From NCBI RefSeq assembly GCF_000025925.1, contig NC_014033.1, forward strand, positions 1,200,001 through 1,232,000: a DNA stretch of 32,000 bases, read 5' to 3'. The notes beneath the pieces are model-generated. The model was not told the origin of the DNA. It did not search any database and saw only the letters and a list, made by a program, of their open reading frames with translations. This stretch comes from Xylanibacter ruminicola 23. GTDB lineage: Bacteria; Bacteroidota; Bacteroidia; Bacteroidales; Bacteroidaceae. A program made the position numbers and the translations under genes. Shown piece after piece: positions 7,286-14,963 of this stretch (position 1 is the first letter of the stretch; each line of letters begins with the position of its first letter).

Positions 7286-8533
7286 TTAGCTTAACTTGTG
7301 AATCACCAGACCTGAACGCAGTTTTGGCTCGAACCAGGTTGCCTTTGGTGGCATAATCTTACCGCTGTCGGCAATATCCATAATCTGCTGCATAGATACG
7401 GGATAGAGAGCAAGCGCAGTACGCATCTCGCCTGAGTCAACACGGCGCTTCAGCTCTTTCAGTCCGCGCAGTCCGCCTACAAAGTCGATGCGCTGTGATG
7501 AGCGCAGGTCGCCGATGTTCAGAATCTCATCCAGAATCAGGCGGCTCGAGATATCTACATCCAGCACGCCGATTGGGTCGGTATTGTCGTAAGTACCCTC
7601 CTTGGCCTTCAGGCTATACCAGTGCTCGTCCAGATAGAGCGAGAACTCGTGCAGCTGCTGGGGCTTGTAAATCTCGGTACCCTTATCCTCAACCTCGAAG
7701 TTTACCTGCAGGGCAGCCAGGAACTCTTCTGATGACATGCCGTTCAGATCCTTCACTACGCGGTTGTAATCCAGAATGGTGAGCTGCGATGCCTGGAAGC
7801 AAACTGCCATAAAGTAGTTATACTCCTCGGTACCATTGTGGTTGGGATTCTGCTTCTGCTTCTCGGCACCAACCAGAGCGGCAGCAGCCGAACGGTGGTG
7901 ACCATCGGCGATATACAGCGATGGCATCTGGGCAAACTGCTCAGTAATAGTCTGCATATCCTTAGCGTCGCTGATTACCCAGAACTGATGACGGAAACCA
8001 TCGATAGGAGCAACGAAATCGTACTCGGGCTCGGTAGCAGCATAACGCATAATCAGTTCGTTCAGTACAGTGTTGTCGGGATAAGCGAAGAATACAGGCT
8101 CGATGTTAGCATTGTTCACACGAACATGCTTCATGCGGTCCTCTTCCTTATCTCTGCGGGTCAGCTCGTGCTTCTTGATGTTGCCCTTCATGTAGTCATC
8201 TACATAAGCGCCAACCACCAGTCCGTACTGCGTCTTTCCGTTCATGGTCTGCGCATAGATGTAATAGTGGTCGTCGGCATCCTGTACCAACCAACCCTTA
8301 TCCTGGAACTTCTGGAAGTTCTCGGCAGCCTTCTCGTACACACGTGGGTCGTACTCCGATGTGCCTACGGGGAAATCAATCTCTGGTTTGATAATGTGAT
8401 AGAGGCTCTTCTCGTTGTCGCCAGCCTCTGCCCTCGCCTCTTCACTGTCGAGCACGTCGTAAGGACGGCTCTCAACTTGCTCTACAAGTTCTTTTGGTGG
8501 GCGAATACCCTTGAATGGTTTGATAATAGCCAT
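7286..8533 (-). CDS. DUF1015-family protein
   Basis: 415 aa. N-terminal MAIIKPFKGIRP and internal LYIADGHHRSAAA are characteristic of DUF1015. Confidence 0.85.
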   Translation of the reverse strand: MAIIKPFKGIRPPKELVEQVESRPYDVLDSEEARAEAGDNEKSLYHIIKPEIDFPVGTSEYDPRVYEKAAENFQKFQDKGWLVQDADDHYYIYAQTMNGKTQYGLVVGAYVDDYMKGNIKKHELTRRDKEEDRMKHVRVNNANIEPVFFAYPDNTVLNELIMRYAATEPEYDFVAPIDGFRHQFWVISDAKDMQTITEQFAQMPSLYIADGHHRSAAAALVGAEKQKQNPNHNGTEEYNYFMAVCFQASQLTILDYNRVVKDLNGMSSEEFLAALQVNFEVEDKGTEIYKPQQLHEFSLYLDEHWYSLKAKEGTYDNTDPIGVLDVDISSRLILDEILNIGDLRSSQRIDFVGGLRGLKELKRRVDSGEMRTALALYPVSMQQIMDIADSGKIMPPKATWFEPKLRSGLVIHKLS

Positions 8534-8570
8534 GTTATATATGAAACATTAATGATTAAACATTAAAAGA

Positions 8571-8996
8571 TTAAAGATTGGCCTTGATTTTTTCGATCAT
8601 CTCGGCATATTCGGCGTCGGTAAGATATACCTTGCCTGGGTTCATCTGGAACACGCCGCCGTAATCGGGGCCATCTACATATTTGGGAGCCAGGTGGAAG
8701 TGCAGATGCGACAGCTTGTCGCTATAGGCACCATAATTGATTTTCTCGGGGTTGAATGCTTTCTGCATGGCACTAGTCACCTTGGCCACATCGGCCATAA
8801 AGGCGTTGCGATCTTCGTCGCTCAACTCGTTCAGGTCGTTAACGTGGTCCTTATAGGCCACCAGGCAACGACCGCGATAGGTCTGCTCCTTAAAAAGAAA
8901 AGCTCGCGACACCGACAGTTGAGCAAACTCAATCATCAGGTCGTGAAGCGTCTGATTATTCGTGCAATACAAGCACTGTTTGGGATCACTTTGCAT
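8571..8996 (-). CDS. HIT-family (histidine triad) protein
   Basis: Histidine-triad motif HLHFHLAP. The track ORF starts at a GTG (9032). The first ATG (8996, MQSDPKQCLYC...) is preferred. Confidence 0.85.
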   Translation of the reverse strand: MQSDPKQCLYCTNNQTLHDLMIEFAQLSVSRAFLFKEQTYRGRCLVAYKDHVNDLNELSDEDRNAFMADVAKVTSAMQKAFNPEKINYGAYSDKLSHLHFHLAPKYVDGPDYGGVFQMNPGKVYLTDAEYAEMIEKIKANL

Positions 8997-9075
8997 AATT
9001 AAAATAGGTTTTAGGAAAATACAAAAGTGCACAAGTAGGGCTTAAACCCTCCTGTGCACCTGATATGTAAGTATA

Positions 9076-9993
9076 TTACTTGTTTACCTGGAACTTGGTG
9101 TCGCCATCCTTGAAGAATGCGTTGATCTGCTTGGCAGCAGCGATACCAGCATTGATGTTGGCCTCGGCTGTCTGAGCACCCATCTTCTTAGGAGTTGAGA
9201 AGTAGCGACCCTCGAACTTAGCGAACTCATCGTTAGCATCTGGCATGATGTCGGTCACGAACTTCAGGTCCTCACGCTCAGCCATCAGCTTAATCAGCTC
9301 GGGCTCGTTGATAACCTCCTTACGGGCTGTGTTAACAAGCACGCCACCCTTCTTCATCTTGCCAACCAAAGCAGCGTTGATGCTCTGCTTGGTCTCAGGA
9401 GTAGCAGGGATATGGAGTGAAACCACGTCGCAAGTCTCGAACAACTTCTCCTGGCAGCAAACAGCATGCACGCCAGCTGCCTCGATCACTTCTGCAGGGC
9501 AGAAAGCATCGTAAGCATAAACGTCCATACCGAAACCCTTGGCGATGCGAGCCACATTGCGACCTACATTACCGAAAGCCAGGATACCCAGCTTCTTACC
9601 CAGCAGCTCACTGCCGCTCTTACCGTTGTAGAAACCACGAACGGCCATCACGAGCAATCCGAATACCAACTCGGCTACAGCGTTTGAGTTCTGACCTGGG
9701 GTGTTCTCGGCTACTACGTTGTGAGCAGTAGCAGCAGCCAGATCGATGTTGTCGTAACCAGCACCGGCACGAACCACAATCTTCAACTGCTTAGCAGCGT
9801 CGAGTACCTCAGCATCCACCTTATCGCTACGGATAATGAGTGCGTCGGCATCAGCAACGGCTGCCAGGAACTGAGCCTTTTCTGTATATTTCTCGAGCAG
9901 TACCAGCTCATTGCCGGCTGCCTCAATCTCTGCCTTAATACCATTAACAGCAGCTGCTGCAAATGGCTTCTCTGTTGCAACTAATACTTTCAT
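9076..9993 (-). CDS. serA: D-3-phosphoglycerate dehydrogenase (D-isomer 2-hydroxyacid dehydrogenase family)
   Basis: NAD-binding GILAFGNVGRNVARIAKGFG. Operon context with serC. Three in-frame ATGs exist: 10023 and 10002 lie inside or in register with the heptamer array, and 9993 gives MKVLVATEKPF. The start is therefore uncertain by up to 30 nt. Confidence 0.85.
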   Translation of the reverse strand: MKVLVATEKPFAAAAVNGIKAEIEAAGNELVLLEKYTEKAQFLAAVADADALIIRSDKVDAEVLDAAKQLKIVVRAGAGYDNIDLAAATAHNVVAENTPGQNSNAVAELVFGLLVMAVRGFYNGKSGSELLGKKLGILAFGNVGRNVARIAKGFGMDVYAYDAFCPAEVIEAAGVHAVCCQEKLFETCDVVSLHIPATPETKQSINAALVGKMKKGGVLVNTARKEVINEPELIKLMAEREDLKFVTDIMPDANDEFAKFEGRYFSTPKKMGAQTAEANINAGIAAAKQINAFFKDGDTKFQVNK

Positions 9994-10002
9994 TTTACTC
10001 AT

Positions 10003-10030
10003 TGAACATTGAACATTGACCATTGACCAT
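10003..10030 (-). repeat. Heptamer array of 4 units, ATG-orientation on the minus strand, directly upstream of serA
   Basis: The minus strand reads ATGGTCA ATGGTCA ATGTTCA ATGTTCA and then ATGAGTA, whose ATG is position 10002 (MSKMKV...). Confidence 0.9.
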
Positions 10031-10392
10031 TATTTCTCATCGACAGTTTTTGTTGTTTTGATAATTTTGGTCAGGGTTGCTGCGATTTTTCCACAATCAT
10101 TATAAATAGATTCAAATTGCATTTTATCCAGATATTCTGACTCATGGAGCAACTCCAGCCAATATTCAGTTTCGTTTGCCTCCTTTAAAGCAATATTTAA
10201 CTTGTTAATAAAATCCATTCGACTTTGAGCATTAACACTTTCGCGAATGTTGGCTCCAATGCTTGTGCCACTTCTCAGTACTTGCTTTGACAGGACATAT
10301 ACCTGTTTTTCTTCTTTCAGATAATTATATAATCTGATAATTCGAAGAGCAAAAGCTTTACTGTCATTCAGCACCTGATTGTCCGCCTTCAT
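10030..10392 (-). CDS. Four-helix-bundle protein (23S rRNA intervening-sequence protein family)
   Basis: RSGTSIGANIRE and ALKEANETEYWLELL motifs typical of this family. The track start (10401) is a TTG inside the repeat. The first ATG (10392, MKADNQ...) is preferred. Confidence 0.85.
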   Translation of the reverse strand: MKADNQVLNDSKAFALRIIRLYNYLKEEKQVYVLSKQVLRSGTSIGANIRESVNAQSRMDFINKLNIALKEANETEYWLELLHESEYLDKMQFESIYNDCGKIAATLTKIIKTTKTVDEK

Positions 10393-10393
10393 A

Positions 10394-10421
10394 ATGGTCA
10401 ATTGTCAATGCTCAATGGTCA
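10394..10421 (+). repeat. Heptamer array of 4 units, ATG-orientation on + (TGA-orientation for the minus-strand genes), between the serC stop and the four-helix-bundle gene start
   Basis: ATGGTCA ATTGTCA ATGCTCA ATGGTCA. Same unit order as the array at 14935..14962. Inverted relative to 10003..10030. Confidence 0.9.
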
Positions 10422-10426
10422 ATGAC

Positions 10427-11494
10427 TTAATGATTTGCTTCGAATTCCTTCATGCAAGCTACGAGAGCGTTGCAGCCTTCGATGGTCTGGGCGTTGTAGC
10501 AAGATGCACGGAAACCACCAACTGAGCGGTGACCCTTAACACCAACCATACCCTTTGATACTGCGAAGTCGAGGAAGTCCTTCTCCAGCTCCTTGTACTC
10601 GTCGGCCATTACGAAGCAGATGTTCATCAGCGAACGATCCTCAGCCTTAGCTGTACCTACGAACATCTTGTTGCGGTCGATCTCGCCATAAACAATCTCT
10701 GCACGCTGCTGAGCCAGCTTATCCATAGCCTCTACACCACCCTGGGCCTTGATCCAGCGCAGATTCTCGAGAGCGCTGTAGATAGGAACTACAGGAGGAG
10801 TATTGAACATACTGCCCTTATCTACGTGTGTACGGTAGTCGAGCATGGTTGGGATCTCACGTGGAGCCTTACCCAGAGCGTCGTCCTTAACAATCACGAT
10901 AGTAACACCTGCCATAGCCAGGTTCTTCTGAGCACCAGCGTAGATGGCATCGTACTTAGCAACGTCAACAGGACGGCTGAAGATATCTGATGACATATCG
11001 GCAATCAGACGAACGGGAACGTCGAGGTCCTTACGGATCTCAGTACCATAGATAGTATTATTTGTTGTGATGTGCAGATAGTCAGCATCAGCGGGAACAG
11101 TCCAATCCTTAGGGATGAAGGTATAGTTGGCATCAGCTGAAGAAGCCACCTCTACTACCTCACCGAAAAGCTTTGCTTCCTTCATAGCCTTCTTAGCCCA
11201 AACACCGGTGTTCAGGTAAGCAGCCTTCTTAATCAGGAAGTTATAAGGAATCATACAGAACTCCAGACTGGCACCACCACCAAGGAAAATCACGGAGTAA
11301 CCCTCGGGAACGTTAAGGAGTTCCTTTACGAGAGCTACAGCCTCGTCAACTACAGGCTGAAAGTCCTTTGCACGATGGCTGATCTCCATCAGAGAGAGAC
11401 CTGAGCCGTTGAAATCAAGACACTGCTGTGCGGTCTTCTCAATCACCTCGCGAGGAAGCATCGAGGGACCGGCGTTAAAGTTGTACTTCTTCAT
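10427..11494 (-). CDS. serC: Phosphoserine aminotransferase
   Basis: 355 aa. SerC-type N-terminus [14 protein letters not shown] and PLP-lysine region [14 protein letters not shown]. Confidence 0.95.
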   Translation of the reverse strand: MKKYNFNAGPSMLPREVIEKTAQQCLDFNGSGLSLMEISHRAKDFQPVVDEAVALVKELLNVPEGYSVIFLGGGASLEFCMIPYNFLIKKAAYLNTGVWAKKAMKEAKLFGEVVEVASSADANYTFIPKDWTVPADADYLHITTNNTIYGTEIRKDLDVPVRLIADMSSDIFSRPVDVAKYDAIYAGAQKNLAMAGVTIVIVKDDALGKAPREIPTMLDYRTHVDKGSMFNTPPVVPIYSALENLRWIKAQGGVEAMDKLAQQRAEIVYGEIDRNKMFVGTAKAEDRSLMNICFVMADEYKELEKDFLDFAVSKGMVGVKGHRSVGGFRASCYNAQTIEGCNALVACMKEFEANH

Positions 11495-11693
11495 TTGATT
11501 GTTTATTTATTAAATGGTTTATATTCTATGTCTTTGAAAAACGCTGCGAAATTACACTTTTTATTTTAATCCACCAAATATTTAAGCAGAAATTCACAAT
11601 ATTTCCTATTTTTCTTTCATTTTGTCAACTCAATATGGCATTTTTCTACCGCTTTTGATAGATTGCTACACCTTATTATATATTATGACGTTG

Positions 11694-11701
11694 CAAAGAT
11701 A
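11694..11701 (-). promoter_or_regulatory. Candidate -7 box TATCTTTG for serC
   Basis: Plus-strand CAAAGATA reads TATCTTTG on the minus strand. It lies about 200 nt upstream of ATG 11494, so a long leader is implied. Confidence 0.35.
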
Positions 11702-11711
11702 CTGAATATTT

Positions 11712-11786
11712 GGCACGAATTACGCGAATTAACACGAAAATAATTATTAATTCTTTAAAATTCGTGAAATTCGTGTAATTCGTGCC
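11712..11786. repeat. Long imperfect inverted repeat built from 9-nt TTCGTGnAA units
   Basis: Left arm GGCACGAATTACGCGAATTAACACGAA (11712..11738). Right arm TTCGTGAAATTCGTGTAATTCGTGCC (11761..11786). A 22-nt AT-only spacer separates them. Each arm holds three CACGAAT/ATTCGTG cores. Confidence 0.8.
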
Positions 11787-11796
11787 TTAAAATAGC

Positions 11797-11804
11797 TATC
11801 TTTG
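11797..11804 (+). promoter_or_regulatory. Candidate -7 box TATCTTTG for the folK-like operon
   Basis: Exact match only 8 nt upstream of ATG 11813, which implies a very short or absent leader. Confidence 0.45.
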
Positions 11805-11812
11805 CAATCGTT

Positions 11813-12205
11813 ATGATACAGAAAGAACATCATATTATTATCAGTCTGGCTTCGAATATCAATCACGAGGCCAACTTAGAGGCTGCCCGCACCCAGCTCA
11901 CCCAGCTGCTCAGCGAGGTACATTTCACCTCCGCCATCTACACCGAACCCGTAGGAAATGGTCAATGGTCAATGGTCAATGGTCAATGGCCCAAATATCT
12001 TAATCAGTTGTGCAAAGGCACCACTGCCTTGGGTATGAACCTGCTGAACGAGGTGCTGAAGGAGATTGAGAAACGTCTGGGTCGCACGCATAACGAGGAT
12101 GGTATTGTAACCGTCGACCTTGATTTGCTGGAGTACGATGGCGAGCGTTTTCACCATCGCGACTGGGAACGAAACTACGTAAAGGACTTAATTAACGAAT
12201 TATGA
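11813..12205 (+). CDS. folK: 2-amino-4-hydroxy-6-hydroxymethyldihydropteridine diphosphokinase-like protein
   Basis: 130 aa. HPPK-like pattern: IIISLASNI (hhhxLGSN), SAIYTEPVG...YLNQ (S-x-YxTxPxG...FLN), EIEKRLGR and VDLDLL. Interrupted by an in-frame heptamer array. Shorter than typical HPPK, so confidence is moderate. Confidence 0.6.
   Translation: MIQKEHHIIISLASNINHEANLEAARTQLTQLLSEVHFTSAIYTEPVGNGQWSMVNGQWPKYLNQLCKGTTALGMNLLNEVLKEIEKRLGRTHNEDGIVTVDLDLLEYDGERFHHRDWERNYVKDLINEL
11958..11989 (+). repeat. Perfect heptamer array (4 x ATGGTCA plus ATGG) inside the folK-like gene
   Basis: Read directly from the sequence. Translated in frame as NGQWSMVNGQW, between the conserved TEPVG and YLNQ segments. 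Confidence 0.92.
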
Positions 12206-13434
12206 GAAAATTGTTTATTATCAGTGCGTTACTTTTGTCATCTTTTAGCGCACAAGCACAGAACTTCGACGATTATTTCGAAGATAAAACCCTGCGATTA
12301 GACTATACTTTTGCAGGCGATGCTACCCGTCAGCAGATATTTGTCGACGAGTTGATAAGCTTGCCCCGCTGGTACGGGCGCAAGCAGCATCTGGCCGAGC
12401 TGCCACTCAAGGGCAACGGACAGATTACCGTGCGTTCGCTCGCCGATGGAATGGTGATTTATCGCCACTCGTTCTCAAGTTTGTTCCAGGAGTGGGTATC
12501 TACCGCCGAAGCCAAACAAACGCAGAAATCGTTCGAGAACGTGTTTCTGGTGCCCTTCCCCAAATCGCCCGTCGAAATCAAGGTCGAGCTCTTTGATTAC
12601 CACGATCAGGTCATCAGCCGTCTTACCCACAAGGTAGATCCTAAGGATATTCTGATTCGTAAGGCTGGCGAGCGCCAGATTACACCCCATGTCACCCTGC
12701 AGCAGGCTGCCGATACCGCACGCTGCATTCGTGTGGCTTTTGTGGCCGAAGGCTATCAGCAGCAGGAGATGGACGTGTTCCTGAACGATTGTCGTATAGC
12801 GATGGAATCGCTGTTCGAGCACGAGCCCTTTAAGCAGAACCAGCTGAAGTTCAATATGATAGCTGTGATGCCGCCATCTGTTGAGAGCGGCACCAGCGAG
12901 CCCAATAAGGGCATTTGGAAGAATACCCCACTCGGCTCGCATTTCGACACCTTCTATAGCGAGCGCTACCTCACTACCCTGCACCTGAAGAAGCTGCACG
13001 ATGTGCTGGCAGGCATCCCTTACGAGCACATCATCGTGCTGGTAAACACCGATCGCTATGGTGGCGGCGGTATCTACAACTCTTACAACCTTACTTATGC
13101 CCACGGCAAGCACTTCCGTCCCGTTGTGGTTCACGAGTTTGGTCATTCGTTTGGCGGTCTGGGGGATGAGTATCCTTACGGCGACGACGATCCTATGTAT
13201 TTTGCCGATACCGAGCCTTGGGAGCCTAATCTCACAACAAAGCACGATTTCAACGGCAAATGGGAGAACCTGATTAAGGATAAAAAGGCCGGTTTTATCG
13301 AGGGCGGCGGTTACCTCTCAAAGGGTGTTTGGCGTGGTTACGAGAACTGTCGCATGCGCACCAACGAGGAACCCGAGTTCTGCTTGGTTTGCCAGCAGGC
13401 CCTGCAACGTTTAATTGATTTTTATACTAAATGA
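12202..13434 (+). CDS. Secreted M64-family (IgA-peptidase-like) zinc metallopeptidase
   Basis: 410 aa. Signal peptide MRKLFIISALLLSSFSAQAQ. Zinc motif VVHEFGHSFGGLGDEY. ATGA overlap with the folK-like stop. Confidence 0.82.
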   Translation: MRKLFIISALLLSSFSAQAQNFDDYFEDKTLRLDYTFAGDATRQQIFVDELISLPRWYGRKQHLAELPLKGNGQITVRSLADGMVIYRHSFSSLFQEWVSTAEAKQTQKSFENVFLVPFPKSPVEIKVELFDYHDQVISRLTHKVDPKDILIRKAGERQITPHVTLQQAADTARCIRVAFVAEGYQQQEMDVFLNDCRIAMESLFEHEPFKQNQLKFNMIAVMPPSVESGTSEPNKGIWKNTPLGSHFDTFYSERYLTTLHLKKLHDVLAGIPYEHIIVLVNTDRYGGGGIYNSYNLTYAHGKHFRPVVVHEFGHSFGGLGDEYPYGDDDPMYFADTEPWEPNLTTKHDFNGKWENLIKDKKAGFIEGGGYLSKGVWRGYENCRMRTNEEPEFCLVCQQALQRLIDFYTK

Positions 13435-14237
13435 TTACTGAAATACAATCCTTACAACAGCCTGGCATTGAGGTGTTTGGGACGCTCACCGAAGCGCAGC
13501 TCCGAAACAAACTTGATGCCGAACGCGGCTTGTTTATTGCCGAGAGTCCTAAAGTGATACGTGTGGCCCTGCAGGCTGGCTATCAGCCCCAGGCGCTGCT
13601 TTGCGAGCGCAAGCATATTACAGGCGATGCAGCCGATATTATTGCCGCCTGTGGCGATATTCCTATCTATACTGGCGAGCGCGAACTGCTGGCCCAACTT
13701 ACCGGCTATACCCTCACCCGTGGCGTGCTCTGCGCCATGCGTCGCAAACCTGAATTGAGCGTACAACAGGTGCTGGGTAGCATTCCCAGCGGACAGAAAC
13801 ATCGCATCGTGGTGATCGATGGCGTGGTTGATACCACCAATATCGGTGCCATCTTCCGTAGTGCAGCCGCTCTGGGCATCGATGCCGTATTACTTACCCG
13901 TAACAGCTGCGATCCCTTGAATCGCCGCGCTGTGCGTGTATCGATGGGTTCGGTATTTTTAGTTCCCTGGACTTGGCTCGACTCTTACGATACCCTGCGC
14001 TCATTGGGCTATCAGACAGCCGCAATGGCCCTCACCGATAAATCCATCTCGCTCGATGATCCTGTGCTGAAGCAGCAGGAGCGCCTGGCATTTATCATGG
14101 GTACCGAGGGCGACGGTCTGCCCCAGCAGACTATCACCAACGCCGATTTCACCGTGCGCATACCGATGTCACACCAAGTTGATTCACTCAATGTGGCAGC
14201 GGCAGCGGCAGTGGCTTTCTGGGAACTCAGAAAGTAA
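13431..14237 (+). CDS. TrmH/SpoU-family RNA 2'-O-methyltransferase
   Basis: 268 aa. SpoU motifs TTNIGAIFRSAAALGIDAVLL, FIMGTEGDGL and IPMSHQVDSLNVAAAAAVAFWEL. ATGA overlap with the M64 stop. Confidence 0.9.
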   Translation: MITEIQSLQQPGIEVFGTLTEAQLRNKLDAERGLFIAESPKVIRVALQAGYQPQALLCERKHITGDAADIIAACGDIPIYTGERELLAQLTGYTLTRGVLCAMRRKPELSVQQVLGSIPSGQKHRIVVIDGVVDTTNIGAIFRSAAALGIDAVLLTRNSCDPLNRRAVRVSMGSVFLVPWTWLDSYDTLRSLGYQTAAMALTDKSISLDDPVLKQQERLAFIMGTEGDGLPQQTITNADFTVRIPMSHQVDSLNVAAAAAVAFWELRK

Positions 14238-14241
14238 GTAC

Positions 14242-14949
14242 TTATTTATCAGATAGTTTATCTACGTATTTCATCTCGCGCATAATCCTTCCTTGGCGCT
14301 TGTACATATAGCCCGAAGGATTCTTGCTCGAGAATTTACGTGGATTAGGCAGTGTAGCTGCAATCAGGGCGCATTGGGCCTTTGTTAGCTCCGATGCATC
14401 GGTATTAAAGTGCTCTTCGGCAACGGCCTGTGCACCATAGATACCATCCCCCATCTCAATCGAGTTCAGATACACCTCCATAATTCTCTCTTTACTCCAC
14501 ATCAGTTCGATGAGTGCTGTAAAATACACCTCGAACCCTTTACGCACCCACGAGCGTCCAGGCCAAAGGAACACATTCTTAGCCGTTTGCTGCGAGATGG
14601 TAGATGCACCCAGCTTACGTTTCTCTGGGTGCTTGCTGTTACGTTTGGCAGCCTTCTCAATAGCCTGGAAGTCGAAACCGTGATGCTGCAGGAATTTAGC
14701 ATCCTCGCTCGCCATCACCGCCATAGGCAACGATGGTGATATCTTGTCCAGCGATACCCAGTGGTGTTTCAGCTTCAGGTCCTTACCCTCGCTAATCTGC
14801 TGCGAACAGCGTATAAACATCAGAGGTGTAAAGTAAACCGGCAAGAAACGTAGTGCCATAACAGCAAGAATAGTGGAGGCAAAAAATACCACCACTATCC
14901 ATTTTATTATGCTCTTAAATACTTTCAATTGAAAATGGTCAATTGTCAA
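14242..14949 (-). CDS. mtgA: Monofunctional peptidoglycan glycosyltransferase
   Basis: GT51 motifs [14 protein letters not shown] and [12 protein letters not shown], with an N-terminal TM helix. There is no ATG before the TM segment. The only candidate starts are TTG 14949 (inside the heptamer array) and TTG 14928 ([10 protein letters not shown]...). Confidence 0.88.
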   Translation of the reverse strand: MTIDHFQLKVFKSIIKWIVVVFFASTILAVMALRFLPVYFTPLMFIRCSQQISEGKDLKLKHHWVSLDKISPSLPMAVMASEDAKFLQHHGFDFQAIEKAAKRNSKHPEKRKLGASTISQQTAKNVFLWPGRSWVRKGFEVYFTALIELMWSKERIMEVYLNSIEMGDGIYGAQAVAEEHFNTDASELTKAQCALIAATLPNPRKFSSKNPSGYMYKRQGRIMREMKYVDKLSDK

Positions 14950-14962
14950 TGTTCAATGTTCA
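14935..14962 (+). repeat. Heptamer array of 4 units, ATG-orientation on + (TGA-orientation for the minus-strand genes), between the OmpA-family gene stop and mtgA
   Basis: ATGGTCA ATTGTCA ATGTTCA ATGTTCA. The stop of the upstream gene (14964..14966) abuts it. Confidence 0.9.
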
Positions 14963-14963
14963 A

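Noticed and set aside
8545-8579. AT-rich roughly 7-nt periodic tracts at gene junctions, possibly eroded relatives of the ATGGTCA arrays: 8545..8579 (AACATTA ATGATTA AACATTA AAAGATT AAAGATT), 20896..20916 (AATCTTT AATGTTT AATCTTT) and 16862..16880
   Set aside because: They share only AAT/ATT cores and a 13-mer (TTAATGTTTAATC) between two sites. In AT-rich Bacteroidota leader regions such periodicity can arise by chance, and one site lies in the foreign island. This is not strong enough to call without a statistical scan.
9994-10023. N-terminal extensions given by the ORF track: serA from 10023, HIT from GTG 9032, hydrolase from TTG 16887, OmpA-family from 15725, helicase from GTG 30035, membrane protein from 24180, four-helix-bundle from TTG 10401
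   Set aside because: The track takes the longest ORF, including GTG/TTG starts. The extensions run through repeat arrays, promoter boxes or upstream genes. Shorter ATG starts give canonical N-termini (signal peptide, lipobox, MKVLVATEK).
14235-14244. Palindrome TAAGTACTTA containing the convergent stop codons of trmH and mtgA
   Set aside because: It is only 10 bp with no loop and no T-runs, too short to act as a terminator. It is probably coincidental packing of two stops.
5777-14962. Whether the short tandem repeats are CRISPR arrays
   Set aside because: The period is 7 nt with no spacers. Arrays are only 18-56 nt long. No cas genes are present. This is not CRISPR.
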